DNA of 63,744 nt, counting the filler, from Octopus bimaculoides (Eukaryota): NCBI RefSeq assembly GCF_001194135.2. It is 5 parts of 5 records of this genome, joined end to end, with 100 filler letters (N's around TTAATTAATTAA, not from the genome) between each part and the next. Parts side by side here need not be neighbours in the genome. Positions count along the whole stretch, not along the records: positions 17,202 to 46,693 come from NC_068993.1; positions 46,794 to 58,297 come from NC_068987.1; 3 more parts are not named here. One strand, 5' to 3'. The position numbers and the translations under genes were made by a program. Of the stretch, positions 41,798 through 52,471 are shown one piece after another (the stretch's first letter is position 1; the number at the start of each line of letters is the position of its first letter). The notes beneath the pieces are model-generated. The model was given only the letters and a program-made list of their open reading frames with translations, made no database searches and had not been told where the DNA came from.

Positions 41798-42380
41798 ATG
41801 TTTGTGTGTCTGTGTTTGTCCCTCCACCATTGCTTGACAATAGATGTTGGTGTGTTTACATCCCCATAACTTAGCAGTTCGGCGAAAGAGGCCAATAGAA
41901 TAAGTATTAGGCTTATAAAAGAAGAAGTCCTGTGGTTGATTTGTTTGACTACAGGTAGTGCTCCAGCATGGCCACAGTCAAATGACTGAAACAGATAAAA
42001 GAATAATAGAATATGTACATATTAAATATATATATATATATATATATATGAGACTTGCCCAGGGTGCCATGTAATGGGATTGAACCTGAAATCCGTATAA
42101 TGAAATTAGTGATTTGATTGGTCTGGTCTGTGATGATGATAATGACTGATGATGGTGTAGTTGTTGCTGATTAATTGCTTCCCCACCCCTTCTACATTCT
42201 GTTAATTTATAGGTTCTGCAGTGTATTGGTGACCTCTTGCCCTCTCTACTGATGTGGCTAGTTGACATGCAGTTGGCTGCACCTTTGAGAAACTCAGTCG
42301 CTCACCTTCCGCATCAACTCAACATACCTGAAAGCAGCATCATCAGGAAACCAAGATCGATCTCAGAACGTTGCTTAAAG
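29689..42380 (+). CDS. CCDC138: Coiled-coil domain-containing protein 138-like gene, 5' part (8 coding exons, 319 aa reconstructed, 3' end not found)
   Basis: join(29689-29713,30635-30820,31070-31185,31730-31861,35498-35617,36473-36550,37902-38033,42213-42380). All introns are GT-AG, phases are consistent (1,1,0,0,0,0,0) and the 957 nt are open. Motifs IMQELQKISAKLK, RREQLL, LKEKIKENKRLRENFETLKSTNEVL, QARLTNLQRLYE, LLMWL and SERCLK match, in order, my recollection of human CCDC138 (IYDELFQIHLKLQ, EREQLL, LKEKNKETKRLRSSFDALKELNDTL, QARLDNLQRKYE, VFMDWI, QEKCVK). Not BLAST-verified. Confidence 0.85.
30635..30820 (+). CDS. CCDC138: CCDC138-like coding exon 2 (ESAVFPKQELNGYG...STEGLEGN)
   Basis: tttacttcag acceptor, G|gtaata donor, 186 nt, phase 1-1, open frame. 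Confidence 0.75.
31070..31185 (+). CDS. CCDC138: CCDC138-like coding exon 3 (DYDDDVDND...ISAKLK)
   Basis: ctttccttgttgtag acceptor, AAG|gtaggt donor, 116 nt, phase 1-0. Confidence 0.85.
31730..31861 (+). CDS. CCDC138: CCDC138-like coding exon 4 (EENHVLTEKKKDLLRREQLL...EGIEK)
   Basis: gttttactcag acceptor, AAG|gtgagt donor, 132 nt, phase 0-0. Confidence 0.9.
32192..32343 (+). mobile_element. SINE family 3 3' part (ggaagggcatccagctgtagaaac, (GAT)n tail)
   Basis: Reverse complement of 32503-32651 with 3 mismatches. Confidence 0.85.
32503..32740 (-). mobile_element. SINE family 3
   Basis: (CAT)n tail on the plus strand. Related, more diverged copies at about 29885-30130, 30270-30480, 33865-33945, 35900-36090, 39090-39230, 41340-41530, 43460-43610 and 45550-45775. 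Confidence 0.85.
33330..34145. repeat. Decayed intronic repeat family (gctgctatttctagcaggtc..ccatgtaga)
   Basis: The motif recurs at about 33485, 33725, 38300 and 38525 (+) and 34020-34050 (-). Confidence 0.5.
34530..34900 (-). mobile_element. R4/Dong- or NeSL-like non-LTR retrotransposon fragment (post-RT, zinc-knuckle region)
   Basis: Minus-strand translation EDFIILLTQNQNLHTRN...HGKCRL resembles the QDQ.L.TRNY...CRLC motif of restriction-like-endonuclease LINEs. Degenerate. Confidence 0.45.
35001..35350 (+). mobile_element. Helentron/DINE-1-like non-autonomous element (HINE)
   Basis: Starts ttattacctccgcc, has a gtttgtctgt tract and atctcaagaaccgctggatggatttggataaaactttc, and ends with the sub-terminal inverted copy gctttggcaaaggtttatgttct. 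This matches the known HINE architecture. Confidence 0.6.
35498..35617 (+). CDS. CCDC138: CCDC138-like coding exon 5 (SFKQELEK...NEVLRSE)
   Basis: ctttgctctgtag acceptor, GAG|gtaagt donor, 120 nt, phase 0-0. Best-conserved coiled-coil segment. Confidence 0.9.
36473..36550 (+). CDS. CCDC138: CCDC138-like coding exon 6 (VETLTHERTKCDKQINSLQARLTNLQ)
   Basis: tttttttcatag acceptor, CAG|gtaaaa donor, 78 nt, phase 0-0. Confidence 0.9.
37539..37791. mobile_element. Long-TIR MITE (89-bp arms, 75-bp spacer) in CCDC138 intron 6
   Basis: Arms 37539-37627 and 37703-37791 are reverse complements at roughly 80% identity (core ccaattggtttcacactgg is exact). TA flanks both ends. Confidence 0.75.
37902..38033 (+). 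CDS. CCDC138: CCDC138-like coding exon 7 (RLYEQNQK...SLKASK)
   Basis: ggttttag acceptor, AAG|gtaaat donor, 132 nt, phase 0-0. Continues NLQ|RLYE. Confidence 0.85.
39360..39895. repeat. Compound (CTAT)n/(CCAT)n/(CT)n microsatellite
   Basis: Direct reading. Similar blocks at 21145-21430, 23917-24000 and 26070-26200. Confidence 0.95.
41595..42008 (+). mobile_element. tRNA-derived SINE, family 1 (CORE-like gcaccttgggcaagtg, internal microsatellite)
   Basis: Full head-to-tail copy, with A-box-like tggctgtgtgg and B-box-like ggttcagtccc. Confidence 0.85.
42213..42380 (+). CDS. CCDC138: CCDC138-like coding exon 8 (VLQCIGDLLPSLLMWL...SERCLK)
   Basis: ttaatttatag acceptor, AAG|gtaacc donor, 168 nt, phase 0-0. 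Confidence 0.85.
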
Positions 42381-42562
42381 GTAACCCTACTTTATATTTT
42401 CCTCTTGCTACTTTCCTAACCAGTCTGTCTTCCTTAATCCTTTTGCGTTCAGCTTTTGTTAAAGAATAATGAATCTATACTCTACCAAATATATTGAGTA
42501 ATCCTTCAGTTTAATACAAGATTGTTTTTATTATAACGTAAAAACAAACGTATATACACAGT

Positions 42563-42940
42563 GGCGCAGGAGTGGCTGTGTGGTAAGTAGCTTGCTTATC
42601 AACCACATGGTTCCGGGTTCAGTCTCAATGCATGGCACCTTGGGCAAGTGTCTTCTACTATAGCCTCGGGACGACCAAAGCCTTGTGAGTGGATTTGGTA
42701 GACGGAAACTGAAAGAAGCCTGCTGTATGTATATGTTTGTGTGTCTGTGTTTGTCCTCACTTCATCACTTGACAACCGATGTTGGTGTGTTTGCTTCCCC
42801 ATAACTTAGCAGTTTGGCAGATGAGACCAATAAAATAAGTACTAGGCTTACAAAGAATAAGTCCTGAGGTCAATTTGTTCAACTAAAAAGGCAGTACTCC
42901 AGCATGGCTGCAGTAAAATGACCGAAACAACTAAAAGAAT
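42563..42940 (+). mobile_element. SINE family 1
   Basis: Full-length copy colinear with 41595-42008. Confidence 0.85.
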
Positions 42941-43648
42941 AACGGTCTTCTACACAGTTTCCATTTGCTGAATTCACTCACAAGACATTTTTGAAATGTC
43001 TACAAAATGGAAAACAAAGCTAAAAGCTGGAACTGACATTGATTAAGTAAGTTAGATTTATATTTATGAGTATTTAAATTCTGTAATAAATTCAAAATTT
43101 TATATATTCGGAGACCTTCTTTTCACAATTAAATAAATTTTCTCATATAAATCTACTGCAGGAACTAGAAAAATGTGATCTCATGATTTGTTGGAGTTGT
43201 AAGTTAATTATTCACCTGTCACAAGTAATTTATGTCAACAATCACCTCCAATTATCGCACAGTTCAATAACAGTTCAATAACAATGTATAATTGGCTCCC
43301 AGATCAAAAATAATTCACAACCATGGCTGTTGACACATTTGTATTAATACAAGTTTTGCTTTCTCTTGCATCGTTGTTGATATGCAACCAAAATGTGAGA
43401 CACACAGTGCCACAGTTACATGGAAAAACACACATATACGCGTATGTATGTCAAGTCATATCATCATCATCATCATCATCATTATCACTATGTTAACGTC
43501 CACTTTTCTATGCTTGCATGGGTTGGAGGGAGTTTGTTGAGGCAAACCTTCTGTGGTCAGATGCCCTTCTTGTTGTCAACCCTATCACCTGTTTCCAATC
43601 AAGGTAATATTTCTCCATTGGTCAGACATGTTCTGTCATGGAAATATA

Positions 43649-44027
43649 CTCTTTTACTTGTTTCAGTCATTTGACTGCGGCCATGCTGGAGCACTGCCTT
43701 CAGTCGAGCAAATCGACCCCAGGACTTGCTCTTTGTAAGCCTAGTACTTATTCTATTGGTCTCTTTTGCCAAGCTGCTAAGTTACGGGGATGTAAACACA
43801 CCAGCATCGGTTGTCAAGTGAAGTTGGGGAGACAAACTTATACACACACGTCTATATATACATATATACGACAGGCTTCTTTCAGTTTCCATCTTCAAAA
43901 TCTACTCACAAAGTTTTGATCAGCCTGGAACTCTTGTGGAAGACACTTGTGCAAGGTGTAGCACAGTGTGGTCGAACCTGAAATCATATGGCTGGGAAAC
44001 AAACTGCTTAACCACACAGCTATTCCT
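43649..44027 (-). mobile_element. SINE family 1
   Basis: Reverse-complement full-length copy. Confidence 0.85.
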
Positions 44028-44780
44028 GTCCTTATTATATACATAGACATCTTTCTCCCTCTCTCTTTATATATATATATATNNNNNNNNNNNNNNNNNN
44101 NNNNNNNNNNNNNNNNNNNNNNNNNNNNNNNNNNNNNNNNNNNNNNNNNNNNNNNNNNNNNNNNNNNNNNNNNNNNNNNNNNNNNNNNNNNNNNNNNNNN
44201 NNNNNNNNNNNNNNNNNNNNNNNNNNNNNNNNNNNNNNNNNNNNNNNNNNNNNNNNNNNNNNNNNNNNNNNNNNNNNNNNNNNNNNNNNNNNNNNNNNNN
44301 NNNNNNNNNNNNNNNNNNNNNNNNNNNNNNNNNNNNNNNNNNNNNNNNNNNNNNNNNNNNNNNNNNNNNNNNNNNNNNNNNNNNNNNNNNNNNNNNNNNN
44401 NNNNNNNNNNNNNNNNNNNNNNNNNNNNNNNNNNNNNNNNNNNNNNNNNNNNNNNNNNNNNNNNNNNNNNNNNNNNNNNNNNNNNNNNNNNNNNNNNNNN
44501 NNNNNNNNNNNNNNNNNNNNNNNNNNNNNNNNNNNNNNNNNNNNNNNNNNNNNNNNNNNNNNNNNNNNNNNNNNNNNNNNNNNNNNNNNNNNNNNNNNNN
44601 NNNNNNNNNNNNNNNNNNNNNNNNNNNNNNNNNNNNNNNNNNNNNNNNNNNNNNNNNNNNNNNNNNNNNNNNNNNNNNNNNNNNNNNNNNNNNNNNNNNN
44701 NNNNNNNNNNNNNNNNNNNNNNNNNNNNNNNNNNNNNNNNNNNNNNNNNNNNNNNNNNNNNNNNNNNNNNNNNNNNNNNN

Positions 44781-44817
<37 letters not shown>

Positions 44818-44844
44818 ATATATGTATATGTATATATATATGTG

Positions 44845-44896
<52 letters not shown>

Positions 44897-45221
44897 TGTG
44901 TATGTATGTGTATGTATTTGCCCATATGTATGCATATATGTGTGTCAGTGTGTATCTTTGCAGTACATTAAATATTAAGATAACACCAAAATGCTATAAA
45001 ACTTCCATAAGTATTTCACCATTTTCAATGGTCGTTTACAGTAATTATTCTTTAGTTTGGATTGCTTCTCATTCTTCTTTGATTTAAAAAAAAAATAAAA
45101 TCTTCGCATGTTTTTACTTGCCTGAGATGTCTGTGTATCAGTGGTGCGGTGGGTAGTTGCATTATTATCACTGCAAGTTTAGGAACAAAAGCTGCAAGTT
45201 CAAACCCAGCCTGGTGCTCTG

Positions 45222-45520
45222 TATATGTATATACTTTTCTACTCTGGGCACAAGGCCCGAAATTTTGGGGGAGCGGGGACAGTTGATTAAATTGACCCCA
45301 GTTATTGGGGTCAATAACAGTCAACAATCATGGTGGGGGGGTACAAATTGGTTACATGGACCCCAGTACTCTACTGGTATTTGTTTTATGAAATATGAAA
45401 GGTGAAAGGATGAAAGCAAAGTGCCACTTGAACCCAGTGCCACGTGAACTCAGAATGTAAGGTTGAAAGGAATGGCGCTAAGCATTTTGTCCAATGTGGT
45501 AACATTCTTGGCAGTGTGTA
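45222..45520 (-). mobile_element. SINE family 2, decayed
   Basis: Recognisable tail and head with CpG>TpG/CpA changes. Similar decayed copies at 34899-34990 (+) and 40625-40757 (+). Confidence 0.65.
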
Positions 45521-45929
45521 TTAAATTGAAAGATAAGCACCATTTGAGCGTGACCGATGCCAGTGCTGCCTGACTGGTACCCATGCCAGTGGCACGTGAA
45601 AAGCACTCACTACACTCTCAGATTGGTTGACATTAGGAAGGGCATCCAACTGTGGAAACCTTCCCAAATCAGATTGGAACCTGGTGCAGCCTTCCGGCTT
45701 GTCAGTCCTCAGACAAATTGTCCAACCCATGCCAGCATGGAAAGCAGATGTTAAACGATGATGATAATGATTTGGTAGAGCACAAATTCATTACTTTTTA
45801 AGAGGAATAATTTTGATAGTGACTCCGAAGTTTTGGCCCGCTAAACCATTCTCAGACAATATATACATTGTGTGTATGTGTGTGTCTTTGTTACAACAAG
45901 ATATATTGTTTGACAACTTTGTCAGTTGG

Positions 45930-46290
45930 CCTCCTTAGTTTGAAGTTACATGAATGGCAGAGCATAAATAAGCTGAGAAAATATTTTGGTAGGAGAGGAG
46001 TCAGATGTTGGTGTATGAAGGAGAAAACTGCTCGGATGTGGTCATGTGGTGTGTGTTTAGAATACGAGAGTTAGGTACTGTGAAGACTTGGTGTCTAGTG
46101 ATCTGAGCGGAGGGTACTTGTGATAGAGGAAGTCTGAGAAATACATCGGAAGAAGAAAGACATCGGAAGCCACTCTTAAGATGCTGAACTATACAAAGGA
46201 AACCGTGACAAGGAATCGCTGTACTCCATCATAGACTTGTCCGAATCACGAAAGCATGGAGATACACATGTAAAATGATAATGATGTTGA
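45930..46290 (+). mobile_element. RTE-like LINE 3' fragment, highly decayed
   Basis: Remnant of the RRLRWYGHV..R...GRGRP motif region (ggagaaaactgctcggatgtggtcatgtg; gtacttgtgatagaggaagtc), ending in an atgataatgatg tail. Confidence 0.45.
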
Positions 46291-46512
46291 TCACTGGTGA
46301 TAATGGCGGTGGTGTTGGTGGTGGTGATGACAATCATCATCATCATCATCATAAGACAATGTCCTGCTTCAGCACAGTCTTGAGAGTTCTGAATTAATAT
46401 TTGAGTACTTACCAATTTTATCAAATTCCGTTCTGTTTAGGTAATATTGCCTGTCTTCAAATATGGCCATGTTGATTATAAAAAAAAACAATTATTAATA
46501 AAAAAAAGATTA

Positions 46513-46559
<47 letters not shown>

Positions 46560-46693
46560 GTTATTTTCTTTTCTGAGTTCTTTAGTTTCGTTACTGGTTG
46601 TTAGACTGACAGGTTCAAGGAGGGAAGGCTTAAATAGAAAATAAAAAAGCCAGCATTAATGACCACCACCACCACCACAACCACCAACATCAC

Positions 46694-46793
46694 NNNNNNN
46701 NNNNNNNNNNNNNNNNNNNNNNNNNNNNNNNNNNNNNTTAATTAATTAANNNNNNNNNNNNNNNNNNNNNNNNNNNNNNNNNNNNNNNNNNNN
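46694..46793. other. Assembly gap with artificial TTAATTAATTAA linker, downstream of the last CCDC138 exon found
   Basis: 44 N + 12-mer + 44 N. Confidence 0.95.
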
Positions 46794-46849
46794 ATATATA
46801 TATATATATATATATATACATGCACACATATATACATGCACACATACAA

Positions 46850-47420
46850 ACACGGTGCGCAAAATATTTTAGAACAAATTTACGACATATATAATAGCAC
46901 AAAATAACTCCATTTATCAAAATATGCTATGAGGTTAAAATAAACATTCTTTTCTATAATGTTATTCAATACATCCACATTTAGCTTCAATGACTGCTTC
47001 AATATCAGATACTAATCATCTACATACTCAAATCAAGTGGTCTTGGTTCGTTTTTGACTCTGACTATCCCACCTTTCAAAGAATCTTATATCTGATGTCT
47101 TTGTGGATACCATTTCAGACTGTTACTTCTGACACATGAAGATGTTTTGCAATTGTCCACATGGGCTCTCTGGGATTGTAATCAATGATCTGTTGAACAT
47201 GCTGGATAAATTCAGGTGTTCTGATGATTTCAGAGCATTTAGAATGTTTTTTATGCTGTAAAACTGGTGATACTATTTTCCTTCTTCAGTCTCCAACTCT
47301 TTTAAAAATCAAGATATTTCGAAATTGCAATGCTCAGTCTTTATAACCACAATAACAACATTCCTCTTCATTTCTTGAGTAAGCTGAGGGTCTGCCATTA
47401 TTATTTTCTGAAACAAAGAT
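46850..47420 (-). mobile_element. Tc1/mariner-superfamily transposase relic (N-terminal HTH)
   Basis: ATG at about 47398 (MADPQLTQEMKRNVVIV), then after a frameshift RTPEFIQHVQQIIDYNPREPMWTIAKHLHVSEVTV*NGIHKDIRYK, a typical mariner-like HTH. Stops present, TIRs not resolved. Confidence 0.7.
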
Positions 47421-49002
47421 TATAGAGTGTCAACAAAAAGATGTAGCAATGATCAAATAAAGGTATGTCCTCGAATACCTTACGCAGCCTGTATATATAT
47501 ATATATATNNNNNNNNNNNNNNNNNNNNNNNNNNNNNNNNNNNNNNNNNNNNNNNNNNNNNNNNNNNNNNNNNNNNNNNNNNNNNNNNNNNNNNNNNNNN
47601 NNNNNNNNNNNNNNNNNNNNNNNNNNNNNNNNNNNNNNNNNNNNNNNNNNNNNNNNNNNNNNNNNNNNNNNNNNNNNNNNNNNNNNNNNNNNNNGTATAT
47701 ATGAGTGCGTGCGCGTCTGTACGTGTATGTATACGTGTGTGTGTGTTGTGGGGGGCTTATTTATTTTTTACAACGAGTAGTAACACTTTATTTTTTGTTT
47801 ACCATCAGGTGAGACAAAGGAGATCAAAGACATGAGATGTTTTACCTGTAATATTTTTTCCCGTTCGTATATTATGAATTAAGTAGGACATGCACTGCAG
47901 CATTTCTTTGATATAATTCGCTTTATTTAGGATGCTACGATCGCAGGTGTTTTTACTGCTGCATGAGGAAAGTTAACGAGACTCGACTGGTATTTTACAA
48001 CTGAAATGAATCGAGGGACGTTTTGCTGCAATTTGTAACATATCAGGCCTCTACGATGCAGTGTTGTACTATTCAGAAAGATTATAGATGTAGTTATGTC
48101 ATTCCGATGCTTTATTGTTTAGTATCTTTCACCTTCCTGCTCAAAAACTTGCTCCTTTCACTTTGAAGCACAATTCTCCGTGTATGATTCTCTACATGTG
48201 TGTCTGCATGTGTGTGTGTTTTACTGCGTTGATCTATGTTCTGTCACTGATTCTATAAAAGTACGCCATTTCGTATTCTTTCCAACAAATGGAAAATACA
48301 TTATTACAAAGCAAACGAGTCTGATATCAGACGTACCTATTCTATTATGCAAAATTTATGTAATATAATTTATGATCGCTGTTTCCTCTAAGTCTGTCTG
48401 TTTGCCTATCTTTCTGTCTATGTCTCTGTATGTATTTGTCTATGTATACATATGCGCATGCGCGCGTGTGTGCATAATATAATAAGAACCACCACACTTC
48501 TTAATACAAACTTGTTAATACAACAAACCAGGATATGTAGACATATATATATATATATATATATATANNNNNNNNNNNNNNNNNNNNNNNNNNNNNNNNN
48601 NNNNNNNNNNNNNNNNNNNNNNNNNNNNNNNNNNNNNNNNNNNNNNNNNNNNNNNNNNNNNNNNNNNNNNNNNNNNNNNNNNNNNNNNNNNNNNNNNNNN
48701 NNNNNNNNNNNNNNNNNNNNNNNNNNNNNNNNNNNNNNNNNNNNNNNNNNNNNNNNNNNNNNNNNNNNNNNNNNNNNNNNNNNNNNNNNNNNNNNNNNNN
48801 NNNNNNNNNNNNNNNNNNNNNNNNNNNNNNNNNNNNNNNNNNNNNNNNNNNNNNNNNNNNNNNNNNNNNNNNNNNNNNNNNNNNNNNNNNNNNNNNNNNN
48901 NNNNNNNNNNNNNNNNNNNNNNNNNNNNNNNNNNNNNNNNNNNNNNNNNNNNNNNNNNNNNNNNNNNNNNNNNNNNNNNNNNNNNNNNNNNNNNNNNNNN
49001 NN

Positions 49003-49044
<42 letters not shown>

Positions 49045-49419
49045 CTATCTGTATACGTATATATATTCACGTGTGAGTGTGTGTGTTTGTAGTTATGACA
49101 TACTCTGTTAAGAACGTAGTAGACTGCAGTATAAACTCATCCACCTTCAGATTTCCCCTGTGCTATTTAGTAGTAGATAACTGAAAAATTCGGAGCCAGC
49201 AAGTAGGAGTACAGTCGGACATTTATGTTTTAATCACTACAATTGTTTCGACGCAACGGTGTTCTCCTGGTGTGCATGTACTTGATTATGCAACTGTTTT
49301 CCTGCATTATGTGATCTAGTTCTGTTTCCTCAGGTGATATGTAAATATTGTCTCCGTAATTTTAAAATTCTCGGCTTCAAGAATATCCTATCTGTCTGGC
49401 GTAGCCTGAATTTAGTAGT

Positions 49420-51690
49420 GGTCTCTGAGATTATGATGGGGTTTTATTGCTGAAGTGCCTTTGGCAAATGACCCTTCAAATCTCTTCAATAATATATGTA
49501 AGGCCGCCGATGTCAACGAGTCCGATTCGCCACAAACACACATTACTACAGAGGATGCATGCGAATGTGGGTTGGTCAGGGCTAGTCGTAATCATTTTGG
49601 TGCTTTTTCTCCTCTCCCTCGTTTCTGCTGGTATCTTCATAGGAAGCTGTTTTCCGATGGACTGCAACATACCAGGTTTCACTTTCAGCAGCAGTGGCAG
49701 ATTTCAAGGGATTTCCTTAGGTGTCTCTCGGCCCAATGCTTAGGCACTCCTGGATGACGGTGACCGGAAGATAGATGGCAATACATCGTGATCTCTCAAA
49801 GTTGATCGTTCAACCGAGTGACATGTTCTGTACAGTACAGCTGTCTTTTCGGTAGTATTGCTTCGATGTTGGTGACCTTCGCCTGCCCTTGGACCTCGAC
49901 GTTAGTGTGAAAGTTACTCCAGTGGATGCTGAAGATGCTACGAACGTAGCGCTGATAGAATCGCTCAGAGATTCGTTCTTAGTCCTGTTAGATGACCCAT
50001 GCCTCTGATCCGTACGAGAGGCTGGTCAGAACGACGCCCTTTTATACACATATCTTGGTTGCATTCTTCACGTGATTATTGTTCCAAACTCTAATTTGTA
50101 CAATTTGCCGAATGCACTGTTTGCCTTGGCCGGTCTGTTATCAACTTCTTTGTAGATTTTCGCATCTGGCAACATGGTATACCCTATGTATGTGAACTGT
50201 TTGACTATGTTTAGTTCCGTCTCCCTTGTGGGGATGTGAGGGTTAGTATTTTTGCAGTTTGCAGGTGGGAGATCTGTTTTCTTTAAAATTATAGGCCAAA
50301 ATGTCAGGTAGGTCTTGCTTTGCAAGAGACAGTCTTTCTGAAGGCAAGCAAGAAAGCATCGTCTATGAAAACTAACTCATGGATGGGTCGTTTCAGTGTT
50401 GCATGTAGGTTCGCACCACTTGACGATCCCATCTTTACCACCAGCACTTTCAGTGGCCTATTGTAGAGATGGTGATAAGTGTCAGCGCGAGGAATTCATC
50501 GTTAGTGCTTAGAGCTCTAGAGTGTATGCTGTCTTGGTACGTGAACTTATCAATGACCTTCCATGTTTCCGCTTCGACAGTGATAGTTGGTTATAAATAT
50601 GACTTTTGCGGAGCAGATAAGTGCATGACCTCGGTCTTCTGGGTAATGATTTTAATGCCAAAGTTATTGCTGGGAATGGAAAAACAGTTCATGCAGTGAT
50701 GCGTTTAGACGTCTGTGGTGGCGTTGAATAATCAGTTTTCTGCAAACAGGAAGTCGCGCACGGTGTCTGTTTGTACCTTGGTCTTATCATGTAGCCTCTG
50801 CAAGATGAGTCAGCTATCAGACCTGAATCTAATCTTGATGCTAGTTCCGCCGTCATTGCAGAAGGCATCCAGCAGTACGGCTGAGAAAATTATACTGAAA
50901 AGCGAAGGTGTGAGTACACAGCCGTGCTTGGCTCTGTTCGTGACTGAGAATGCATCGGAAGAATCTCCATTTTTCAATACTCGCGCAAGCATGTCGTCGT
51001 GGAACTGTTACATTTTGCTGAATAATTTTCTTGTTTGCCCAATTATCCCATGATCTTCCAAGTCACTTATAGCTGACAGTATCAAGGCCTTGGTTAGGTC
51101 TACACAAGTCATATCCCTGTTCTGTTCCTGGCACTTCGCTTAAAGTTGGTGTACGGCAAATATAATATCGACTTTGCTACAGCATTCTTTGTATGAAATC
51201 ACACGGGATCTCTGGCAGATGACCGTCTTCCTTGTGCTGAGTGAGGTGGTCATGGAGGACGCTTGCAAGTATCTTGACAGCAATGACGAGCAGAGAAATT
51301 CTTCGGTGGTTTTCACAGGACCTCCTGTTGCGTCTTTAGGCTCCAGAGGAACAACGTTCTGTTGCCACATTGTCTGAAAGAAATTGGCGAGTTTGTTTAT
51401 CAAGACGTGTCCCCCAGGTTGGTATAGTACAGGAGGTCAGTGCCTCGTGCCTTGCCATTTAAGACAAATCTTAATTGCCTTCTGAAATCCTGCTTCTGTT
51501 GGAGGCTCTGCGAGATAATGTTGATGTCAATTTAGGGCATACGAGCAATGGTCTCTGTTCAGAAAATTGTTTAAGTACTCTGTCATCTTTCCAACATTGC
51601 ATTAATGTCAGTGAGAACAATGGTCCTGTCAGTACTGAGCAGTGGAGATATTTCGGTTTGTTGTGGGCAGTATGATTCTAAGACATCTTA
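49420..51690 (-). mobile_element. RTE-clade (BovB/RTE-1-like) LINE, 5'-truncated and decayed
   Basis: Minus-strand translations give RT-like segments such as LANFFQTMWQQNVVP, LARVLKNGDSSDAFSVTNRAKHGCVLTPSLFSIIFSAVLLDAF and IVKQFTYIG, plus a C-terminal CILCSNVCLWRIGLV motif. Many stops and frameshifts. Confidence 0.85.
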
Positions 51691-52372
51691 TATGCACCCT
51701 TTCCTTACAACAGCACCAAAAAACTGTCTCAAACATATAAACAAGTAGTACGTTATAATTATTGAATTTTCGACTGATATAATTTATAGCGCGAAGGTTT
51801 CTTTCATAACATTTCGGTTAACTTTCTAAGCACAACAATTTGATACTGATGATATTCAATATTTTCACAATTTCAAATAGAACTCTATAAGCGTGCGCAT
51901 GCGTAAATGCAATATTTTTATTGCGAAATTATTGGAGGAGTTCTAGTTAAAATGAAATTTCGTATTTTATACATTTTATTTTTAATATCTCGCCTTCGTT
52001 AGTAATTTAGATTGACAAAACTGTTTTAATTTTTGCCAGTAATTAGAAGAGAATTTTTAATGATGTATTAATTATAATTATAATGATTTCGCAATTGCGG
52101 TTTCATTCATTCATTCATTTATACATAAACACATACGCACACACCCACACCCACCCACACACACCCACACACACACACACGCATATGTATATACATGATC
52201 GCATGCAAACATATATACACACATACATGGGCATTCATGCATGCATGAATTCATTCACAAATATGCATATACAGAGAGACACTATATGTGTATGTTCTGT
52301 TTATATGTATATATACATATATATAGATATATTTATATGTATGCACATGCATATTTCTCTCTTAACCCTTTC

Positions 52373-52471
<99 letters not shown>

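Noticed and set aside
46441-46520. Possible CCDC138 exon 9 (VILPVFKYGHVDY...)
   Set aside because: The acceptor is acceptable, but there is no convincing donor, it runs into an (ATT)n tract, and similarity to the expected next segment is negligible.
51745-52085. Weak long palindrome centred near 51900
   Set aside because: Only short AT-rich matches (tagaactc/gagttcta), and the arms do not align colinearly.
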